This document shows, in pieces, positions 55,465 through 64,000 of a stretch of 64,000 nucleotides of DNA (within the stretch, counting starts at the first letter, position 1; each line of letters begins with the position of its first letter). Source of the DNA: the human T2T-CHM13v2.0 reference genome, Homo sapiens; assembly GCF_009914755.1 (NCBI RefSeq), contig NC_060936.1; one strand, 5' to 3'. A program made the translations under genes and the position numbers. The notes under the pieces were generated by a model that had not been told where the DNA came from, made no database searches, and saw only the letters and a program-made list of their open reading frames with translations.

Positions 55465-56941
55465 CAGTTGGTTCCAAGACCCACACGAATACCAAAATCT
55501 GCAGATGCTCAAGTCTCTTGTATAAAATGGCATAGTATTTGCATATAATGGGTGCACATCCTTCTGTATACTTTAAATTCATCTCTAGATTGCTTATAAT
55601 ATCTAACAGAATGTAAATACTATGTAAATAGTTTTTATGCTGTCATGCATTACTTAACAATATGAATATGTTCTGAGACAAGCTATTTTATTCTTGTGTG
55701 AACATCACAAATTGTATTCACAAAAACCTAGATGGCATAGCTTTCTACACACCTAGGCTGTGTGGTATAGCCTATTGCTCATAGGCTACGAACCTGTACG
55801 TACTGCATGTCACTGTACTGAATAGCAATTTAACACAATAAATATTGTGTACCTAAATATATCTAAACATAGAAAAGGTACAGTAAAGGTATAGTACAAA
55901 AAGTAAAAAAATGTTGTAGTACACTTAACTACAAATGGAGCTTGCAGGACTGGAAGTTTCTCTGGGTGAGTCAGTGAGTGAATGGAGAGAATCTGAAGGC
56001 CTATGATATCACTGTACACTACTGTAGACTTTATAAATGCTGTACATCTAGGCTATGCTAAATTTATAGAAAAAATTTTCTTTCTTCAATAATAAATTAA
56101 CCTTAGCTTACTATAACTTTTTAACTTTACACATTAAAAAAATTTTTTTTTAATTTTTTGACTCTTGTAATAACACTTAGCTTTGGATATGTATTGGATA
56201 GCTGTACAAAAATAATTTTTCCTTATATCCTTACTCTATAAAGTTTTTTCTATTTTTATTTATTTATTTTTACTTTTGAAATTTTTTTGCTCAGACCTAA
56301 AATACAAACACACACATTATTTTAGGCCAACACAGGGTCAGGATCATCATTACCACTGTCTTCTACCTTCATGTCTTGCCCCACCAGAAAGTCTTTAGGG
56401 GCAGTAACACACATGGAGCTGTCACCTCCTATGATAACAATGCCTTCTTCTGTAATACTTCCTGAAGCACCTTCCTGAGACTGTTTTTACAGTTAACTTA
56501 AAAAAAGTAAGTAGAAGGTATACACTCTAAAATAAAGATTAAAATTATAGTGAATACATAAACCAGTAAAATAGTTGTTTAATATCATTATGAAGTATTA
56601 TGTACCATAAATGAGTGTATGTGCTATACTTTTATATGGCAGTGCAGGAGCTTTGTTTCAACTAGCATCACCACAAACACCTGAGGAATGTGTTGTGCCA
56701 TGATGTTAACATGGCTATGATGTCACTAGGTGATAGGAAATTTTCAGCTCCATTATAATCTTATGGAACTACAATTATATATGCGATCCATTGTTGACCA
56801 AAACATTATGTGGCACATGACTGTACTGTATTTTTTTATTTGAATAATTTCTTCTTGTTTTTTTTTATTTTTTAGAATATTTTCTATCCCAGGTTTGTTG
56901 GATCCACAAATGCAGAACCTGCGGATATGGAGGGCTGACTG
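55465..56941 (+). mobile_element. MER2 (TcMar-Tigger), split by Tigger3
   Basis: CAGTTGGTTCC...ATACCAAAATCTGCAGATGCTCAAGTC; 3' end GGATATGGAGGGCTGACTG; TA on both flanks. Confidence 0.85.
55640..56823 (-). mobile_element. Tigger3b-like (Golem) non-autonomous transposon, ~1.2 kb
   Basis: TIRs CTGTCATGC ... CACATGACTG; internal CTACACACCTAGGCT, CAGGGTCAGGATCATC, CCATTATAATCTTATGG. Confidence 0.85.
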
Positions 56942-57857
56942 TAGTTGTAACACAGGCCTGCAAAGCCAAAAATGTTTACCATCTGACCTTTTGCAGTAAA
57001 AGTTTCCCAATTTAAATAGTGCATGAGTTGAAGTAATAGAATATAATGGCTTGAACTAACACTGGGGCAGGAACTACTGAGGAGGAAGAGAGAATAGAAT
57101 TTCGTGAATGATTGGGTTGGAGGGAAGGGCAGAGATGTGGGAGACAAAAGGATCTTGCAGGTTTTCCCAGTTTCTGGATCTCCATTTAAAATAGTTTTAG
57201 CATTGTGTCTTGCACAAAGATGTGAAAGGAAACTGTCTTTGTCCTCAAGGAGCTTCACCTCCAGTAGAAGAGATAACATGTGTACATAAAAGTATTTAAT
57301 ACCAGTTTGAATACGAGGTCATGAAATTTCAGGGGTGAGAGAGGATGATGTTTTGTTGAAAGTTTAATGAAAGCTTACAGGAAGAGGAATCATTTGAGTT
57401 TTGAAGAATAGGGAGGACTTGAGCACAAAGGATTGATGGGAGGGTGCAGAAGCAAAGACAGGGATCTGGAGACCGGGTGGAGAGAAGACAGGAATGCCAA
57501 CTTTCGGAGCTTAGACTACTTAATAGGCATTGTAAACCTGAGGGGTTTGAGCAGAAGCTGTACTTTGGTTACTCTGGCAATAAGATCAGAGTCAGTTGAA
57601 TGAGGAAGAGTCCAAAAGAGAAAAGGAAACTAACATTTGTTTTTTTCAAAGCTTAGCTTTGCTGACTCAGCAAATATTCATCCTTCCTTCATGTTCCCAT
57701 CACACCCTAGCACGCCTTGAATTAGGACACTTATTACCTGTCGATAGAACATGAGAGGCCAGAAACTGTGACACTCTTACAGAAAATATGGTGCAGTGAT
57801 TAAGATTTGTCTGGGTTTAATAATCAGTTTGTTTAAATTTTTTTAAAAGTTTTTTTG

Positions 57858-58020
57858 CTTATTTATTTTTAATTGACAGAATTTTATATATTTATCCTAT
57901 ACAGCATGATGTTTTGCAAGATGTATATATTGTGGAATGGCTAAATTGAGATAATTAACATATGCATTACCTTACATACTTATCTGTTTTTGTGTGTGTG
58001 TGGTAAGAACACTTAAAACT
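57858..58020 (-). mobile_element. L1MA-type short 3' end fragment, inserted in a MIR
   Basis: TTTTAATTGACA...TACAGCATGATGTTTT...ATTGTGGAATGGCTAAATTGAG...TAATTAACATATGCATTACC. Confidence 0.75.
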
Positions 58021-58599
58021 ATTAACTCTAATCACCACCATTGACCCCTTTTTGATCTTACCCTCTTGATGTCTTGGTTTCAAGATGCCTGGGCCTAATA
58101 ATTATAACTCCTTCTACAATTAATGATAATTGTAACCATTTGTTGTGGTTATTAAATGATTTAATGTGTGAAAAGCACTTAGTGGCTGGCAAGTAGTGAA
58201 GGCCCATAAATGTTATTGATTATTATTTCTAGTGCCTAGCTAAGTGTTTGGGAACTAAAAAGATTTGTGTTGAATGAGTGAATTTAAGGGCCGCTAATGA
58301 GCCAGGCACTTGGAATTGGCTCTTTGGGGTTATCCTCATAACTCCCATGTGAGGAAGGTATTATTTCTAATTTTAGTGAATTTGCAGGGGCTCTGAGAGT
58401 AAATGACAGAGCAAGATAGAGACTTCCAAGCTCTGTTTAATGGGGAGCTGGGGGGAGAGGTAGAATGTAAAGAGATGAGGGTAATGAATGGAGTGAAGTC
58501 CTGGAGGAGATGGGAGAGGAACTGGAACAAAAACACAAGGGAAGGTCTTTGACTGCTGTCCTGCAACAACACAGACAACAGAGGGTAAATGTGAGGGGA

Positions 58600-58945
58600 G
58601 AGGAGGGAAACAAAAGCATTAGCTGAGCCGGAGGTAAGCAGGGTTAGGAAAACTGTTAAAGGAGAATTCAAAGAAGACTCCAAGTTCTTGAGCTTAGATG
58701 ACTTAGAGGAATGATGATGCCATTTATAGAAACAAAGTGGGCAGATTTGCTTTTTGGGGTGTGAATTTGCAGATTTAGTTTTAAATATAAAGATTCTGAT
58801 ACTTCCCAAACCTTGAGCAATGAGTAGGAAATGTGGCCCTGGAGCTTGGGCTAGAGATGGGCACTGGAGATAAACATGTGGAAGTCATCTGCCTAGAGAT
58901 GAAGATTGAAGTCAAAGGCGTGGCATTTAGGAAGCAATACAGGAT
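58600..58945 (-). mobile_element. L2 fragment
   Basis: TCAAAGAAGACTCCAAG...GATGCCATTTA...GGCTAGAGAT...GAAGTCATC. Confidence 0.65.
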
Positions 58946-60377
58946 TAGTCGGTCCCACAGTCTGGTTCTCAACTCAGCCTGAGAAAGGACTGGCCAAAGG
59001 GAAACTGCAGTCCACGCCTGATCCATACTCGCTGGCTGATTTGTGACACTGGACTTCTTCATTGCTCAGTAAACATTTGGCAAGTGACTGGTGAGCAAAG
59101 AGTCAAATCTCAGGATCTTTTTGTGTGAATAAAAGTCAGTGGATGGAGACAGATAAATATCTCTAAAACAGGAAAAAAGGAGATGGAGTGAAAGTGGGCC
59201 TTAAAGTGTCAGCTCCTTCTTAGTTTGTGGTGCTGGCTACAGAGCCAAACCTCCTTTAGGCACAGAGCTGTGGAAATTAATTGAATCTGCTTAAAACTAG
59301 TCCCCCCTGCCCTGCCCCAGATAATTCAATGCAAGCGAACATATTTGCCCAGAGAGGGTCATAAACACATCATAAAATCTGACCTTTCCAAGAGGGGATT
59401 ATCTATAAATAACTGCGGTTATCCCGAGGGTGCTAGGCATAAGCTTGGTGGAGGGGCGGAGAGGAGACCTATTTCCTCTGCAACCTGGGCATCTCTCCGG
59501 AGGTGAGCAGCAGAAAGGACTTGCAGAGGCTCAAGTATAAGCCCTTGCAGTCATATCCCCAATTTCCACTGGCAGGGCTGCAGCTGCTTCCACGGGGCTT
59601 CCTTCACTTTGCTGAGCAATGGAATGTGGCTACCGGGAAAAGAATAAGATTTCTGTTTCTAAATATGTCACTGATGAAGCTCCTTTTTAAAATATTAATT
59701 GTGGCAACGTTGGAAACGCATAAAAGAACTGACAATCATGCTTGTTCAGACCACAGAAGGTTTAATTTCAAAATGTGGTTTTGAATTGCTATTTTTTTTC
59801 TTCTGCCTGTAAGCAATGGATTCATCAAAATCCTTTCTTCTGAATAAAAGAAGATCCCCTAATGGTACTCATTCTGTGTCATTAATGTGGAGGAGGTGAG
59901 CTATACGAGAGGAGTCTATATTATTTATGATGAGCTGAGTCATGAGCCAAATGAATTTCAATAAGGTCTTCTAGCTGATAGTGATGATATAAAAGATACA
60001 GAGAGGAGGCAATGAAAACCCATTGGAGTGGCTGCTAACAGATCCATTCTCTTGGCTTGCCATGATAAGTAAGAATCTACCTTATTTTTAAAGGCTCCAG
60101 ATTCAGAGATCACTACATGATTACTCAGTAACTATGCTGACAAAACCTTTTCTTGTTTACTGAATAGATAACTCATTTTCTCTTTGTAATTCATGTTAAG
60201 TAATCCTAAATATATCAAGAATTGGAACTATGGGATCCTGTGGCTGGGTGTTTTGTAAGCCTGATGTGATTGAAGGTAGGGGTAATATCTCACACAATTT
60301 TTAAAAAAATTTTACTGCAATGCTCACAGAGCCTGAAAAATAGTGTCTCTAAAGATATAAAGGAAATCGTATAGAGC

Positions 60378-60605
60378 TTGCATCTCAACAGGGGAATAAC
60401 ACATTGAACCAGGTGAAAAAATGAATTTTGGGAGCAGCGTGAAAATACCTTAGATGCCAAAATGGTTTGTGATCCTCCAAAGCTGAAACCTCTGTTACAA
60501 AATATAGCATTTATTTCATAGGGGTGAATAGGAAATAAATGTTCAGAAAGGGTTTGTGGGTAAGGGAGACTTTCATTATTATGACAAAATATTTGGGAAA
60601 CACTG
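60378..60605. mobile_element. hAT-Charlie type fragment
   Basis: TCTCAACAGGGG start and TTTGGGAAACACTG end resemble Charlie TIRs. Confidence 0.4.
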
Positions 60606-62041
60606 TTGGCTATGGAGAAAAAAGTCCTGGTTTTTGGAGTCAGAAGGACTTTATTAGGAGTCTCAGCCCACTAACCACCAGTGTAGCTTATCTCTCTGTT
60701 TCAAACATCTTCCATCTGAAACCGTGATCATAATACACAGAGGCGAGCAACTTTATTCACTTCACTGTCTTCTACTCTGCACCTAATACAGTGACTAGCA
60801 TAGAGTAAGCTCTTAATGAGGATTTAGTGAATGAATGCATAGAGGAATGAATGATTCTCCCTCAAAGGGTTGTTTGTTGATTAATTGAGGTGATGACTGC
60901 AAAACTTCTATCTTAGTACTTGGCACATTTGAGGTGTTCAGTAAATGACGGCTGTCTTTCTCCACCCCTGCTTCCCCCACTGTCTAGGACACACAGACTT
61001 CACGGGCCAAGACAGGGCAAATGACTCTCCTGGTGTCGTATAGCAAGTCTATAACCCTCTTAAAAATTGAAGCAGGTTCTCTCAGCTCCAACTGAGCCTT
61101 ATTTGATTGATTATTATTACAAATATTTTCCTAGAATATTCACCGAGTTATCTATATTCTTGGAAAGAAAGTTCTTACATCACTGAAGTATAATCAAGTC
61201 ATATCTAAATTGATTTTGATTGGGTACCGTCTGGATGTGCTAAGTACAAATTCACATGCCTGGAGCGATGAGGCAAGTTCTCTGCCCTGACAATAAAAGG
61301 GTCTTGAAAGGGCTTTTGGGAAGCATTCTGAGGGGCAAACTGACATACAGCACCTTCTCCAGCGTAACATGCAGATAATTCAGATAGGAGGGCTGGCAGG
61401 CACAACATAATGCCCTGGAAAAGCCAGATATCCATATGGCAAGGGGCTGGGTAAATGAAGATGCATCATCAGTACTTCATTAAGGGTCTTGCCAGAGTTG
61501 CATTTATAAACCCACATTGTACACCTACATGTTCATCCAAGTATCAGAAAATCACATTTGAGAGGGTGGAATTGTCTTTAAGAATTTTTAAGCTGTCAAA
61601 TTCAGTAATAATTCATGTAAAATGAAAATGTTCCTTTCTCCTGTTTGAAGATCCTTTCTTCTCGTTGCATTTTTGTATTTAGTAGTGCCTTATGCTTCTA
61701 CATTTTTTAAATAAATTCAACTTTGAGGGCAGAGACTATATGTTGGGCCCTTTGCATAATCAGTTTCCTTACTTCGCATATAGTAGTTCCTCAAAAATGC
61801 ATGTTGAACAAATGAGAGTATTTTATAGCTAAAGGGAAAAGAAAGCAACCCTAACCTCTATGGATCATCTTTTATGTTCTAGGCACTGCATGGTGCATGT
61901 TACAGCTATTATTTCATTTAACATTTATAATCAACTTGTAACTAATTTGCCCAATGTCACAAAATTATTAAGTGGCTGAAACTGGAATCAATTAAGGTTA
62001 TTTCTGATTCCAAAGACTATGCTCATTAAGAAAAAAAAAAT

Positions 62042-62480
62042 TGTTTCAGCAGCCATGACAATGCACCCCAAAGACCTCCTACTGTAAGTAGTATAATTGA
62101 CCAAAAAGCCCCAGCAGCATTGGCCAAAGACGCAGCTGCTGTGCTCCCCACTTTTAACACAGCTGTCTCCACTCTTCACAGAGGCCATGCCTCCCACAGG
62201 CAGCTTCCAGCCAGGAACTGAGGGCAGCAGGAATAATGAGCAGTTCGCCTTTGGCTTAGGGGCAAATCTTCCCTAGGCCTCATGACAGTCTAGGATGGTT
62301 CCACTCAACTTTCCACACAGTCTGGCTCTTTCACTGGGGTCAGATTGCATCATGATCCAATGACTCTTCCAGCCTCCTCCAACTTCCTCTCTATTTTCTC
62401 TTGTAGGCATTTCCCCTAATAAAATGCTTGCACATTTAATCCACTCTTGGGAGCTGCTTTATAGCAAACCCAATGAACAC
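62042..62480 (+). mobile_element. ERVL solo LTR, LTR33-like
   Basis: TG...CA bounded; CCCTAATAAAATGCTTGCACATTTAATCC...CTGCTT...AACCC...AACACA 3' end. Confidence 0.7.
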
Positions 62481-62644
62481 AGTTCTAAATACTTTTCCCA
62501 TTCCAAGCTGCGATTCATAGCTTAAGTGAGTTTTCATCAGACATTTCCTCAAAACACTCCTGGTGTTAGAAAAGAATAAATATGTACTCTCCACCCATGA
62601 TGGTCTGGGGCCTGCCACAACTAAGAGATTTGTTGGAAGTTCAT

Positions 62645-62800
62645 GCTTTGTCCCACAATTACTTGTCCAATGTCTGTCTTCACTGTAAAATAATAAGCTC
62701 CGTAGAATCAGAGTGTGACTATCTTGTTCAGTGTTATATGCCCATTGCCTATAATAATTGCTGGTGCATAGTAAGTACTCAATAAAAAAAAAAATGAATG
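62645..62800 (+). mobile_element. L2 3' end
   Basis: TAAGCTCC...TCTTGTTCA...CATAGTAAGTACTCAATAAA...TGAATG. Confidence 0.75.
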
Positions 62801-63539
62801 GGAAAAAATCTAAGAATTATTTTTCTATTCCATAATATAGTCATACTTGTCTTTTTTTTTTTTTTTTAAAGAAAACCTTTTATCCTCAGCAGAATTTAAA
62901 TGACATTTTAAATGCAATATTAAACCTTTAATCTTTAGCATATTAGTACATTCCCTGGGGGCAAAAATATCCTTGTTTGGAAGTTACAAGTTCACTAATT
63001 TGCCCCATTGTTAATGTTAGGAAAAAAACCCAGACTTTTCACTTTCTAGTTCAGGGTGTTTTCCTTCTCATGCACAATATTCTTTTGCATTTACCTCTTA
63101 CTATTATAATCTACTTTGAAACTTTTTCTCCCACTCTTCCATTTTAGGCATTCCTAATATAATTAACTTTACCTACATTGTTATTTTTCTGTTTATACAT
63201 TATGTTCCCTCCTAGCTTTATTTGAGCTATGACTACTTCTCCAATTCATTGTTATAGGATTGTAGTCTAACCTCAGGATTTAGTTCTTACCTTTTAGTTT
63301 GGAATCATCTGGAAATTTAGGGAGGGAAGATTGCATCTAATTCCTGACATCACTTAGCATTTTCTCTCCCTTGGCCCTGAATCAGTGAGCCCCTGATCAG
63401 AAACGTTGATCTTTCATTTTGTTTCTTTCTCTGCTGAGGATGGAGTTTTGTTCTTACTAAATTTTAGAGAAAAGCCTCTTTGTGGTGCAAGTGGTCATGA
63501 TAAATAGTGTTGTTCAGTTACTCTCTCTCCTCTGTGCAG

Positions 63540-64000
63540 ACCCTAACACATAGAGATGCTTAAAATTTTCTCTCACTCTCATAATTGAGTGGGCTCTTAA
63601 AGAGGCAACTCCATTTTTCTAGCTCTGGCTAAAACCCTTGGAGACATACTTGAATCTCTTCTTCTCATAGCCCTCATCTTCTCTATCAATAATTCCTGTA
63701 GGTTCTACCTTCAAAACATACCTAGAAGCTGGCCAATTCTCACTGCCTTCACTGCTGCCTTTCTGAATCAAAATTCATCTCCAGCCTGAATTATTTCAGT
63801 AGCCTCCTGATTGGGCCCCTCACTTCCACCCTTGCTCCTTGGTAGTCTATTCTCAGTACCTTCAGTATGGAAAGCAGATGGAGTCACTCTACTCCAAGCT
63901 TCTGCTGGCTTCCTAAATAATCCAGAGTGAAAGTCTGAGTCCTTAGAGTAAACTCCAAGGTCCTACTCAACTCTCAGCATAAGCCTCAAGATCTTGTTTC
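63540..64000 (+). mobile_element. L2a-like fragment
   Basis: TTCTACCTTCAAAACATACC...CTTCACTGCT...TAGCCTCCTGATTGG...GTCTATTCTCA. Confidence 0.75.

Larger units (their letters stand above)
55322..57010 (+). mobile_element. MER58A (outer element, split at 55464/56942)
   Basis: 5' part GGGCCAAATCTGGCCC...AAATAAAGTTTTATTGGAACACAGC...GAGTTGAGTA; 3' part GTTG...GCAAAGCCAAAAATGTTTACCATCTGACCTTT. Confidence 0.85.

Noticed and set aside
58336-58809. Longest ORF in the track (157 aa)
   Set aside because: Non-ATG start, Ser/Leu-rich, overlaps L2/MIR remnants and has no recognisable domain.

Overview
AT-rich, repeat-dense primate (very likely human, given an AluYa5) non-coding DNA with no intact protein-coding gene. 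The only gene-derived sequence is a minus-strand processed pseudogene of BRWD1 (WDR9) at 1-1803. It was copied from the short isoform that reads through a splice donor into intron (ending ...TAKGTLI*), and its 3' end lies before the window start. The rest is a mosaic of 11 Alus (several with clear TSDs), old L1/L2/MIR fragments, MaLR/ERVL/ERV1 solo LTRs and hAT/TcMar DNA transposons, including a three-level nest (MER58A > MER2 > Tigger3). There are also local tandem duplications, a probable template-switch micro-inversion and a few candidate regulatory sites. Repeat subfamily names and the BRWD1 comparison come from recalled consensus sequences, not searches. I found no supportable novel multi-gene system; the best leads are the CpG-retaining 5' end and new ORFs of the BRWD1 retrocopy.
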